DNA of 64,000 nucleotides from a virus: UHGV virus genome UHGV-0144373; one strand, 5' to 3'. Shown piece by piece: positions 53,806 to 62,366 of this stretch (position 1 is its first letter; each line of letters starts with the position of its first letter). The notes under the pieces were generated by a model. It saw only the letters and a program-made list of their open reading frames with translations, ran no database searches and was not told where the DNA came from. The position numbers and the translations under genes were made by a program.

Positions 53806-53834
53806 TGACGCTGGTTTTTAGATAGATTAAATTA
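53806..53834 (+). promoter_or_regulatory. type B sigma70-like promoter copy 2
   Basis: TTGACG-N17-TAAATT plus leader hairpin GGGGAGG-GTATGA-CCTCCCC. Confidence 0.55.
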
Positions 53835-53897
53835 CACATCAACGGGGAGGGTATGACCTCCCCACTAAATAAAACCCTTAAACTAGGAGATTCTAAA

Positions 53898-54101
53898 ATG
53901 GCTATTATTAACGGTTTAAACATTGAAACCACACACATCAAAGATATTAAAGTCGGTGATACAGTTCTCTTTCACGGCGTAGAAAAAACCGTCACTGCAA
54001 AGGATATAAAAGAGGATTCTTTCATGGGTAGGACTCTTTTCGGTGATTCTTATTGCTTAGGTTACCTTGCAGTTTTAAAAGTTGTCAAAAATAACAAATA
54101 A
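53898..54101 (+). CDS. cassette gene 8, hypothetical protein
   Basis: Start set at 53898 (67 aa); the ORF-track start at 53853 lies in the hairpin loop. Confidence 0.5.
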   Translation: MAIINGLNIETTHIKDIKVGDTVLFHGVEKTVTAKDIKEDSFMGRTLFGDSYCLGYLAVLKVVKNNK

Positions 54102-54160
54102 AGTACTTTACAAGGGGCTTATAGTTCGATAAAGTAAGCCCCAGATAAAGAGCTTTACCA
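54101..54160 (+). promoter_or_regulatory. type A leader module copy 6 (variant loop, as copy 2)
   Basis: Hairpin GGGGCTTA-TAGTTCGATAAAG-TAAGCCCC; also shares the preceding AACAAATAA gene end with copy 2. Confidence 0.6.
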
Positions 54161-54186
54161 CTAAATCCTAAACTGGAGATTCTAAA

Positions 54187-54729
54187 ATGAAATGCTTTCA
54201 CGGTACTACTCAAGAAAATTTCCTCAACCTGATTAATAACGGTGATAAACCATCAGGTGCATGGAATTGTTCGGATATGGACGGCAATTTTTACGTGTAC
54301 CCAGAGAATAAAATCTATGGCGACGATGAGGAAGAGATAATCTCTGAAGGTATCCAACAAGCTATGGGAAATGCCGCTATCACCGCAGCTTTCCAGATGA
54401 AAACTCAAAACATTGTTATCTTGGAACTTGATATTCCAGAGGATGAGTTGAATGATGATTTCTCTTGCGATAATATGTCGAGCGTGGCAAGTTTTACAGA
54501 ATACTTCGATTTGAATTGGATTAAAAAGGTTTACGTAACCGAGTTTAATGCGATGTTTTCGCCTTTTTGTCTTCCTTCATTGGATAACCCAAATTTGAAC
54601 TATCTTGATGAGTCTCTGGAGCTTCTTGCGAAAAGCGTTCAACAGGCGGACAGTATTCAGGTTTTTTGTGACATCATGGACACACTAACGGGAAACATCG
54701 CAGAGGGAGATTTAAAGAGCTTTTTCTGA
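54187..54729 (+). CDS. cassette gene 9, hypothetical acidic protein
   Basis: 180 aa. Confidence 0.5.
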   Translation: MKCFHGTTQENFLNLINNGDKPSGAWNCSDMDGNFYVYPENKIYGDDEEEIISEGIQQAMGNAAITAAFQMKTQNIVILELDIPEDELNDDFSCDNMSSVASFTEYFDLNWIKKVYVTEFNAMFSPFCLPSLDNPNLNYLDESLELLAKSVQQADSIQVFCDIMDTLTGNIAEGDLKSFF

Positions 54730-54795
54730 AAACCTATGCAATCACCTTATAAACACTAATCAGCCCCTTGTAGGGGCTTTTAGGGGGCTTAAATC

Positions 54796-55029
54796 ATGCT
54801 TATAACCGTTTATCTCATCCTTTCTATTTGTAATGGCCATTCATGCGACTTTAAAGGGCTTGAAGCGTTTACAGGAAGTAAAGAAAACGCTATTCAGGTT
54901 TGTCAGATAGCAAGACAAGACTACCCCGCCAGTGATGATATTCAATGCTACTTTAAAACAGAAGATGACGATGTAATCTATTTTGACAGCGTTGACGGTC
55001 AATATGAAATTATCATAGAAAAAGACTAG
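54796..55029 (+). CDS. cassette gene 10, small protein with hydrophobic N-terminus
   Basis: MLITVYLILSICNGHSC (possible signal or lipoprotein-like); 77 aa. Confidence 0.4.
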   Translation: MLITVYLILSICNGHSCDFKGLEAFTGSKENAIQVCQIARQDYPASDDIQCYFKTEDDDVIYFDSVDGQYEIIIEKD

Positions 55030-55055
55030 ACAAGCATGATAAAAATCTGTAAATT
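55027..55055 (+). promoter_or_regulatory. type B sigma70-like promoter copy 3
   Basis: TAGACA-N17-TAAATT plus leader hairpin GGGGAGG-AAATGA-CCCCCCC. Confidence 0.5.
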
Positions 55056-55119
55056 ACTAATTAACGGGGAGGAAATGACCCCCCCACTAAATAAAACCCT
55101 TAAACTAGGAGATTCAAAA

Positions 55120-55461
55120 ATGGCTTATGTAACCGTAATTACCGATAAAGCTGGTTCATCTTGGTCAACTCAAGTAAGTGATAAGATGACACCTATGCAG
55201 TGCCTAAAATACTTTGAGCAATGGAATAAAGGCGAGGAAACAAGCCCCTTTCAAGTGATGCAGATTATTCATGTAGACAATGAAGGGAATAAAACGGTTT
55301 TAAGTAGTGAGTACTACGCAAACCGCTTCGAAACGAGAAGTAAAGCAATGAAGCTTCTACGTGAATCCGGTTACTCCCATATCGCCGCACTAATCTGGGA
55401 TGACCTGCTAAAAAACCAACGTATCAGCTATGTAAAACCTGAAAAAATATTCATCAGTTAA
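55120..55461 (+). CDS. cassette gene 11, hypothetical protein
   Basis: Start set at 55120; the ORF-track start at 55036 is upstream of the promoter and leader. Confidence 0.5.
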   Translation: MAYVTVITDKAGSSWSTQVSDKMTPMQCLKYFEQWNKGEETSPFQVMQIIHVDNEGNKTVLSSEYYANRFETRSKAMKLLRESGYSHIAALIWDDLLKNQRISYVKPEKIFIS

Positions 55462-55595
55462 TCAATAACTTACAAAAAACTTCTAAAAAAGTGTTGACAA
55501 TACCCCTTGACATTGGTAATGTTGTTCGAGGGGGTTTATCTAAAAGGGATTAACTTAAAAGATTCTTTATAGATAAGCTTAAAAAAAAAAATTGC

Positions 55596-55624
55596 TTGCA
55601 ATCAGATATCAAAACAAGTAAATT
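55596..55624 (+). promoter_or_regulatory. type B sigma70-like promoter copy 4
   Basis: TTGCAA-N17-TAAATT preceded by an A10 tract, plus leader hairpin GGGAGG-GATGA-CCTCCC. Confidence 0.55.
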
Positions 55625-55686
55625 ACTAATCAACGGGAGGGATGACCTCCCCACTAAATAAAATCCTTAAACTAGGAGATTCAAAG

Positions 55687-56217
55687 ATGAACAAGTTCAA
55701 AGCTATCAATTACATTCGTTCAAATGCTGTAATGTCTAAACCTGTTAAAGATACCTATGAATTTCGCTGCAATGGTGTACACTTTGCAACCATCACTAAA
55801 TCAGAAAAAGGGGCTTATTACGTTCATCGTCGTAATGTTGCAACCGTTGTAGTCTCTCATTTTATGCAAGCTATAGCGGAGTTATTACCGCTATTCTTAG
55901 AAATTTACTTAGATGAGTGTAAAAACGTTCACAAACACGTTAAAAGCCTTTTAAACAGTTATAAAATGGCTTACGAGCGTTCTATCAAGTTTTTAAACAA
56001 GTTCTATAAAGCCCCTGTAAATACTGTTTCAATGGCTTACAATGTAAGCGGTGAGTTGGTTAGTCTCTTCGAAGTGGAAGAAATCGAACTATATAACTCA
56101 CGTCCTGATGGTTACGCTAAGACACTGGGGGAAGGCTTATCTTTCAATATCAAGAACTTAGAAAAAACTCTAAAAGATATTGAAAAAGATATTGACGAGA
56201 CAATCAAAAATCTGTAA
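55687..56217 (+). CDS. cassette gene 12, hypothetical protein
   Basis: Start set at 55687 (176 aa). Confidence 0.5.
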   Translation: MNKFKAINYIRSNAVMSKPVKDTYEFRCNGVHFATITKSEKGAYYVHRRNVATVVVSHFMQAIAELLPLFLEIYLDECKNVHKHVKSLLNSYKMAYERSIKFLNKFYKAPVNTVSMAYNVSGELVSLFEVEEIELYNSRPDGYAKTLGEGLSFNIKNLEKTLKDIEKDIDETIKNL

Positions 56218-56220
56218 ATT
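56192..56220 (+). promoter_or_regulatory. type B sigma70-like promoter copy 5
   Basis: TTGACG-N17-TAAATT embedded in the 3' end of gene 12, plus leader hairpin GGGGAGG-CGATAA-CCTCCCC. Confidence 0.55.
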
Positions 56221-56282
56221 GTCAATCAACGGGGAGGCGATAACCTCCCCACTAAATAAAGTCCTAAACTGGAGTTATCAAG

Positions 56283-56546
56283 ATGGAAAACGTAGAATTA
56301 ACCACACTTTTACAAATTGCAACCGACAAAGAAAACGTAGCTTTATTTCACCGCATCGAAAGTGATTTGTTCAATGGTGAAATCATCAAAGAGTCTTACG
56401 AGGTTGTTGGATTCAAAGATGGTAAAACATTTGGATTCTTTGACCTCGAAAAAGGCAACGCTGTTACAAAATATGATGTTTTATCTTGTGAGATTCTTAC
56501 AAAATACAACGAAAAAAGGCTTGCAACATACGCCAATATGCAGTAA
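56283..56546 (+). CDS. cassette gene 13, hypothetical protein
   Basis: 87 aa; GGAGTTATCAAG-ATG. Confidence 0.5.
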   Translation: MENVELTTLLQIATDKENVALFHRIESDLFNGEIIKESYEVVGFKDGKTFGFFDLEKGNAVTKYDVLSCEILTKYNEKRLATYANMQ

Positions 56547-56549
56547 ATT
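56521..56549 (+). promoter_or_regulatory. type B sigma70-like promoter copy 6
   Basis: TTGCAA-N17-TAAATT embedded in the 3' end of gene 13, plus leader hairpin. Confidence 0.55.
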
Positions 56550-56611
56550 ACTAATCAACGGGAGGGATGACCTCCCCACTAAATAAAATCCTTAAACTAG
56601 GAGATTCAAAA

Positions 56612-56860
56612 ATGGCAACTATCCGCGCTACTGTTAACGAGTTCGGTTTTTCCTCTCTGGATGTTAAATTTGACATTGCAGGCACTGATAACGCCTTTGA
56701 AATGGTGAAAGGTCTTATCAGTCAGACCATCAAAGATTATAATCCTTCGGATGAGTTCTGGGAGGAAACAAAACAAGAAGTTCTCAAGGATGGTTATACT
56801 TATCACTATTGGGGCGATTTAATTGTTTCCCTGTACTACGATAAACAAGGTTACAACTAA
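56612..56860 (+). CDS. cassette gene 14, hypothetical protein
   Basis: Start set at 56612 (82 aa). Confidence 0.5.
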   Translation: MATIRATVNEFGFSSLDVKFDIAGTDNAFEMVKGLISQTIKDYNPSDEFWEETKQEVLKDGYTYHYWGDLIVSLYYDKQGYN

Positions 56861-56900
56861 TCAACGCAGCGGGGCTAAACAGCCCCAGATACCTTTATAC

Positions 56901-56923
56901 AGCCCCTCATAGGGGCTTTTTTA
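56901..56923 (+). terminator. intrinsic terminator closing the rightward block
   Basis: AGCCCCT-CAT-AGGGGCT followed by TTTTTT; preceded by a second hairpin GGGGCT-AAACA-GCCCC at 56870-56886. Confidence 0.7.
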
Positions 56924-56940
56924 CGTCTTATCAAATCCCT

Positions 56941-58560
56941 TATACAACCCTTTCCCTTTCCTTTCCAGAATCTTTCCACTGATTCGATAAAGCCTATCTC
57001 ATACCTTAAAAAGCAATAACTCTATAGCCTATTCTATAGCCTTTTATCAAATCCACTAATTGGCATTGTTACCAATCCCTTAAATATAAGCCCATAACCC
57101 GAAAGGGAAGGGCAACCCCTAAAACGCTCTATAACGCTCTATAACAGCCTTATCAACCTAACTTAATGGATTGCATTACCTCACCTTAAAAAGCTCTTTA
57201 CAGGGCTTTATAGAGCCTTAAAAGAACCTTATAAGGGTATAAGCTTTATCATCTCGTTAGTATTCTTGTGAACTACTAAAAAGGGTTTGATAGTTCCTTT
57301 AAAGTATGTTATAGGGGCTATAAAGTTACTTCAAAGTAACGTAAAAGTTGCTTAAAAGTTACGTAAATGCTAGCCACCTTTAACATTTTCTTAACAATTT
57401 CTTAACAATCCCTACATAGTTATACTTGTTAGCAACTTGTCAGCCCCTTGTTAAATCTCTGTTAAGACCATGTAAAAGCCTTGTAAGAGTCTTTGACATA
57501 GCCTTTAAAGCTCCTGTAAAGCCCTATAAAGAGCTATCCATACAGTTGAGGGGTAAATACTAGGGAGATACTAAAAGAGCCTATAAAGAGCTATAGAGAG
57601 CTTTTAAGAGGTATGTTTAAAGAATCACTAAAAGGGAAAGGGAACGATAAGAAAGAGATAGTGACCATGTTAACAGTTTGTTAAAAAGATTAAACACTTG
57701 TTAGGAACTTGTTAATTATCTTAATTGGTATTGTTACCAATCCCTACAAAATAACTCTTTAAAATTAACTATATAGCTCTTGTTAGTCATCTATTAAGAA
57801 TCTGTAAAGACTATTCAGCACTTGTTAGAAAACTGTTACACTCTTGTTAGTTCTGTTAAGAATCTGTTAAGACCTTTAAAGAGATGTTAAGACGATGTGA
57901 GAACTGTTAAGAGATTGTTAAGGATATTTTAAAATTTTGCAAAGGGGGTGTTAAGGAGCTGTTAAGGGCTACCAAGCAGATATACATCCTAATCAGATAT
58001 TTTTCAGTTCCTTCAAAGACCCTAAAAAATGACTTGATAGTCCTATTTTATAAAAATTTTAAAATTCTGAATAATTACCTATACAGTCTTTTAAAAATAC
58101 AGGTAGAAACAGGCTTATAAGATACCTTGTTAGTACCGTGTTAGACCTTGTGAGATAAGGTCTGTAAAGATATTCCTGTTAAGTTTGTTAAAACAGTCTA
58201 TATAGAGGCTTAGTAATACCTAGTGAACACCTATAGAGGGTATCATAGCTAACCTAATGGGTTACTGTTAAGTAACACAGGTAACCTAGAGATTAAGAGG
58301 TGTATAGGAGCTTCTAAGAGGGTATAGAGAGATGGTTAAGGTGATTGTATAGGTTGTTAAGAAGGCTTGTTAGAGGGCTATTTAGAAGGGTTATACAGAT
58401 GGCTATTAAGACCACTAGATAGTTACTAAGATACTATATAGTACTATATAACTATATAGAGAGTAAGATTAAGAAGGTTGTTAAGAAGGATAGATATTTT
58501 ATTCACATATGATGGTGACCCAGAGGTTGGGACAACCGATAAAATTTTATAAAAAATATA
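56941..58560. repeat. ORF-free region dense in short direct and inverted repeats
   Basis: No ORF of 60 aa or more on either strand; at least 15 copies of TGTTAAG(A/G) and its complement TTCTTAACA, often as pairs about 11 bp apart; the palindrome TTGG(C/T)ATTGTTACCAATCCCT occurs twice (57061, 57725); short tandem duplications; AT-rich blocks. Confidence 0.85.
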
Positions 58561-58584
58561 AATTTCGTAAATTTTACTCAATAA

Positions 58585-58612
58585 AAAGCCCCCAATTAAG
58601 GAGGCTCTTAAG
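58585..58612 (-). terminator. intrinsic terminator closing the leftward block
   Basis: On the - strand, AGCCTCC-TTAATT-GGGGGCT followed by TTTTATT. Confidence 0.6.
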
Positions 58613-58617
58613 ATATT

Positions 58618-59169
58618 TTAAATCAGTGTTTCCAGAACTGTTTTTAGTGATGACTTAGTTGTCTGATAAAAATGAGTGAATCCGTTGTTGTTATCGAATA
58701 TCTGCATCATGATATCATCTCCCTTGATTGGGTATACTCGGATATCATAGTGAAACCCATTAAAGACAGCAGAACCATTACAGAATACACTAAAATCACT
58801 TGCTGAGATGTACTCTTCATGACCTGTGATTTTTATACAGACACCTTTACTCGGTCTCTTAGGATTGATATCTTCCATCACAGACATACTCTGTCCACCA
58901 AGAGATACCATAGTGACCACTTTACGGTTCTTCTGTTTAAAGTACATCTTAACTTTCTGTAAAGTGTCTTCATAGAACGGGTAAGACTTCTCTACAAAGA
59001 CTCCTTCAAGTGGCTCTTTACCATTTTTAACTTCTCTGATATGTCGTATTGAGAAGACAAGCTGCTCTAGTATGTCAAGGCTTTCTTTGGATAATGCTTC
59101 TCGAACATCACTCCAGTCAAGTACTAGGTAGTTACCTTCAACTTCTTTTACATCCATAAGCTCTTTCAT
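58618..59169 (-). CDS. hypothetical protein
   Basis: 183 aa. Confidence 0.5.
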   Translation of the reverse strand: MKELMDVKEVEGNYLVLDWSDVREALSKESLDILEQLVFSIRHIREVKNGKEPLEGVFVEKSYPFYEDTLQKVKMYFKQKNRKVVTMVSLGGQSMSVMEDINPKRPSKGVCIKITGHEEYISASDFSVFCNGSAVFNGFHYDIRVYPIKGDDIMMQIFDNNNGFTHFYQTTKSSLKTVLETLI

Positions 59170-59220
59170 TTCGCTACCTTCTAAGTTCTACAAAGGGGCT
59201 ATCAAGTAACCCCTAAGTTA

Positions 59221-59445
59221 TTACTCAGACTTTTCAGTCTTCTTATCGGACTTCTTACTAGTCTTCTTCTCAGCTTTCTGTTCAGGTTCCTTCTCAGAAG
59301 TTGCCTTGATAACCATATCAAGAAGCTCTGATAAGTCACTCTTCAGCAAAGTAACAGGCTGCTCATTGTAGAAGTTTTTGTCAAGATAGACTTTAAACTC
59401 TTCTATAGAAGGAAATCCAAAAATTGGTACAGGTGTCTTAATCAT
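59221..59445 (-). CDS. hypothetical protein with lysine-rich C-terminal tail
   Basis: 74 aa; C-terminus EQKAEKKTSKKSDKKTEKSE. Confidence 0.45.
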   Translation of the reverse strand: MIKTPVPIFGFPSIEEFKVYLDKNFYNEQPVTLLKSDLSELLDMVIKATSEKEPEQKAEKKTSKKSDKKTEKSE

Positions 59446-59521
59446 TACTTAGTCTCTCCATAGGCATCTTTTAAGATTGCCTTGTTAATCATTTCAGCGA
59501 TTGCAAAACGAACACATACAG

Positions 59522-60055
59522 CTATAATTGTAGGTTGCATTCTTTACTTACCTCTTCAAGTTTAACCTCAGAGTCCTTAAGTCGTTTCTTATGAACTCTG
59601 AACCTCATTAGTGAGATGATGATACCAGCTAAAGGAACAGCATACAAGTACCAAACATCATGTACCTTTGCAGTAATCTGTGTAATGGTCAAGTCTTGAG
59701 CTATACAACTGATTGCTGATACTGCCAGTAACATTGCTAAGAAGAACGCCAGTACCATAACAATACTTAGGCAACCTCTGGCATGGTGTTCATGCTTAAT
59801 GCACTTATTCTTTTCGTCAACAACTCTGTTGTAGTCGTTTGTAAAGTCTCTGTAGAAAGCTTTCAAGTATTCTTGACTGTAGCCCTCAAAGCAACCTGTA
59901 CCGTACCAATAATCACCACCAAAATGTGCTATGATACCGGTATCTCCATTTGGTTTGGTTACTCTTAGGGAGACATGATGACCAGTCTTCTGGTAATCTA
60001 TTTTGTATCTTTCTTCGTAAATCATTTTCCAACACCTCTCAATCGTTTGTTCCAT
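59522..60055 (-). CDS. membrane protein
   Basis: Two C-terminal hydrophobic helices (LSIVMVLAFFLAMLLAV, LYAVPLAGIIISL). Confidence 0.45.
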   Translation of the reverse strand: MEQTIERCWKMIYEERYKIDYQKTGHHVSLRVTKPNGDTGIIAHFGGDYWYGTGCFEGYSQEYLKAFYRDFTNDYNRVVDEKNKCIKHEHHARGCLSIVMVLAFFLAMLLAVSAISCIAQDLTITQITAKVHDVWYLYAVPLAGIIISLMRFRVHKKRLKDSEVKLEEVSKECNLQL

Positions 60056-60240
60056 TCAAGGTCAACAAGTCTTTGCAGGACTTTCCCTCTAGGTGTTACA
60101 CCTTTTAAATCTGCATCGTAGCAACGGTAAAAGTCACCTTCAGCGTGTTTACCATAGCATTTTCTGATATTCTGGCTTCTGCGATACTGTTCTAACAAGG
60201 ACAGTTTGTAGTAATCTTCGACTGTAGTTAGTTTTTTCAT
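60022..60240 (-). CDS. hypothetical protein
   Basis: 72 aa. Confidence 0.4.
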   Translation of the reverse strand: MKKLTTVEDYYKLSLLEQYRRSQNIRKCYGKHAEGDFYRCYDADLKGVTPRGKVLQRLVDLEWNKRLRGVGK

Positions 60241-60323
60241 TCTTTCACCGTAGTGTTTCTCTAGAAACTAAAAAGGGAACTACCTCTCGATAGCTCCCAT
60301 CATAATTAATATTGTATACTCGG

Positions 60324-60905
60324 TCAAGAGTATTTTTTAGGCAGCAATGCACTACGCTTGTTACTCTCTTCACTCAACAGTGCAATGAAATCATCACTTT
60401 TACCTTTCCACGGGCTGAATGAAGGTATGTGTTCGCGGATAGCCTCAATCACTGTTTTAAGTGCTGTGTTCTTCATCCACCAATCAGAATCTGCTGATGC
60501 TACCACGTAGTATCCACCGTCATCAGTTAAAATTGGCTCTGAAATACATGGTGAAATCAAAGTGGTGATGATTGAACCATTGTTCATGTAGTATGTGCGT
60601 TTCATAACCTTTTCAAGAAGCTTGTGAAGGTCACCAAACAGTGTTACAAGTTCTTTGTGGTCAATATCTTTTTCGAGGTTTGCTCGATACTTCAATAGAG
60701 CAGCATCAACCTCTCTATCATTGAACTTGAAATATTGAACTTCTTCAACAAGGCAAACACTGATGTTGTTAACATTCATAGTCAACTTACAAACTTTTGC
60801 AGGAGAGTTGATACTTGGTTGAAAAAGTGCAACACACCCTTCAATGTTTCCAAAATGTTGTACCAGTGTTACTTGTGGAGTGATATTCTGTTGCTCTTCG
60901 GACAT
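60324..60905 (-). CDS. hypothetical protein
   Basis: 193 aa. Confidence 0.5.
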   Translation of the reverse strand: MSEEQQNITPQVTLVQHFGNIEGCVALFQPSINSPAKVCKLTMNVNNISVCLVEEVQYFKFNDREVDAALLKYRANLEKDIDHKELVTLFGDLHKLLEKVMKRTYYMNNGSIITTLISPCISEPILTDDGGYYVVASADSDWWMKNTALKTVIEAIREHIPSFSPWKGKSDDFIALLSEESNKRSALLPKKYS

Positions 60906-61291
60906 TACAGTTTCCTCATTAAATACTTTTTAAGTTGTGTGTTAGGTTTCTCAAAAACTTCTATAGAAGATATCTTGACAGCTTCACCACGCATACCAGT
61001 ATGTTTGAATATGTAATACTCTAACATCCCTATGTACTTTGCTGGTAAGTCATATTTGACATACACCGTCACAGAATCTTCAAATTCGACAACCTTTGTA
61101 CCATCTTTGTAGTTAAACTCTTTAGGATGGTTGTAGTTGTCTATGTCGTACATTAAAAAGAGTCTTTTACGTTGTAGGTCAAGCTTATTTGTTAAAGACT
61201 CTTTGATATCTGAGAAGTTTTTGTACACTGTGACATGGAGCTTATTCATCGTTAAACTCTCTGACGAAGAAATAGTTGACTTTGTTATCAC
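60905..61291 (-). CDS. hypothetical protein
   Basis: 128 aa, translationally coupled. Confidence 0.45.
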   Translation of the reverse strand: MITKSTISSSESLTMNKLHVTVYKNFSDIKESLTNKLDLQRKRLFLMYDIDNYNHPKEFNYKDGTKVVEFEDSVTVYVKYDLPAKYIGMLEYYIFKHTGMRGEAVKISSIEVFEKPNTQLKKYLMRKL

Positions 61292-61535
61292 CTACCATAA
61301 GGTCAAAGCAGGTATTTTCAAAAGGTTTGTTGTAGGCATCATATGAAACATATGGGTCAGCTACTTGCTTAGTGCTTAACTTCTTACTTGATGGTTTTAA
61401 GAGGCCACCATACAGCTTCTTGATAGCCTCTTCTACAACAGACCAGATAATTTCGTCAGTAATTTCTTCGTACAGGTCAAGTTCACGCTCTAGTGAGAAG
61501 TCACAAATAGGGAAAATAACCTGTACTTTACTCAT
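61242..61535 (-). CDS. hypothetical protein
   Basis: 97 aa. Confidence 0.4.
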   Translation of the reverse strand: MSKVQVIFPICDFSLERELDLYEEITDEIIWSVVEEAIKKLYGGLLKPSSKKLSTKQVADPYVSYDAYNKPFENTCFDLMVGDNKVNYFFVREFNDE

Positions 61536-61924
61536 TAACGGATAACCTGTGTGACTTGAATTGCTTCAGTTACTGATAAATCACCTACTTGCTCTTCTTT
61601 GATAAAAGTGAAGGTAAGTTCAACGGGTTCTTGCTCTTCTTGCTCAACCGGAACACCGTTAAGCTCATCAAAGATTGACTGAGTTGTCCAGTCTTCTCCA
61701 CCATCTGGATAATGGATGGCGTAACGAGGAAACTCCATATCATACCAGCCAAATACAGGACAACCATCTTCATCATCTCGCATTCTGCGAAGGGTGCTAC
61801 CTGAGCCTGTAAAGCGAAGACTAATATTCCCATTACACTCAAAAATCACTGCGTCGGCAAGTCCAGTATCTTCTCGACCATCATGTCCAAAAGTGTCAAC
61901 TTTTACTTGAATCTCTTTATTCAT
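61535..61924 (-). CDS. hypothetical protein
   Basis: 129 aa. Confidence 0.45.
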   Translation of the reverse strand: MNKEIQVKVDTFGHDGREDTGLADAVIFECNGNISLRFTGSGSTLRRMRDDEDGCPVFGWYDMEFPRYAIHYPDGGEDWTTQSIFDELNGVPVEQEEQEPVELTFTFIKEEQVGDLSVTEAIQVTQVIR

Positions 61925-62315
61925 AAAAACCTCTCTCTGCTTGTTCGATTTTTGCTCTTAAAACTTCACAACGTTCTATGTGATATCTGGCCTCATGCTC
62001 ATGTGTTGCCAAAGTCCTTTCAAGAACTGTTTTATAGTAACTCACAAGCTGCTCTCTTGTCAAGGGATGTTCTGAAATAATATCAAGGCCGCTTTCCCCT
62101 AGAGTATTAAACTGCCCGTGTTCATTTACATGGTAAGTCTCAAACTTGAATAGGCCGTTGTTAGCAGCCTCAATAGGTGAGAGTTCAACCAACTCAACAG
62201 TAAACATTGTGTGTACCCTATCACCAATTGTAACAATGTTGCTACCAATGATTCTCACCATTGAGCCATTGCGAGTGTACTTAAAAGTTCCAAAGTCACT
62301 AGCCCAAAGTTTCAT
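61917..62315 (-). CDS. hypothetical protein
   Basis: 132 aa. Confidence 0.45.
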   Translation of the reverse strand: MKLWASDFGTFKYTRNGSMVRIIGSNIVTIGDRVHTMFTVELVELSPIEAANNGLFKFETYHVNEHGQFNTLGESGLDIISEHPLTREQLVSYYKTVLERTLATHEHEARYHIERCEVLRAKIEQAERGFYE

Positions 62316-62328
62316 AGTTTTCTCCTTA

Positions 62329-62356
62329 GAAAATAAAAAAGGCTCCCGAAGGAGCC
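62329..62356 (-). terminator. intrinsic terminator after the lysozyme gene
   Basis: On the - strand, GGCTCC-TTCG-GGAGCC followed by TTTTTTATTTT. Confidence 0.7.
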
Positions 62357-62366
62357 TATGAAGATA

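Noticed and set aside
50812-56625. The recurring repeats as a CRISPR array
   Set aside because: The repeat units are about 60-90 bp and are separated by 200-550 bp protein-coding genes with ribosome-binding sites, not by 25-45 bp spacers; no cas genes are present.
56941-58560. tRNA genes in the long non-coding region
   Set aside because: No cloverleaf-compatible segments with a GTTC(R)A T-loop motif were found by eye; the region is dominated by short direct repeats. A tRNAscan-type search would be needed to confirm.
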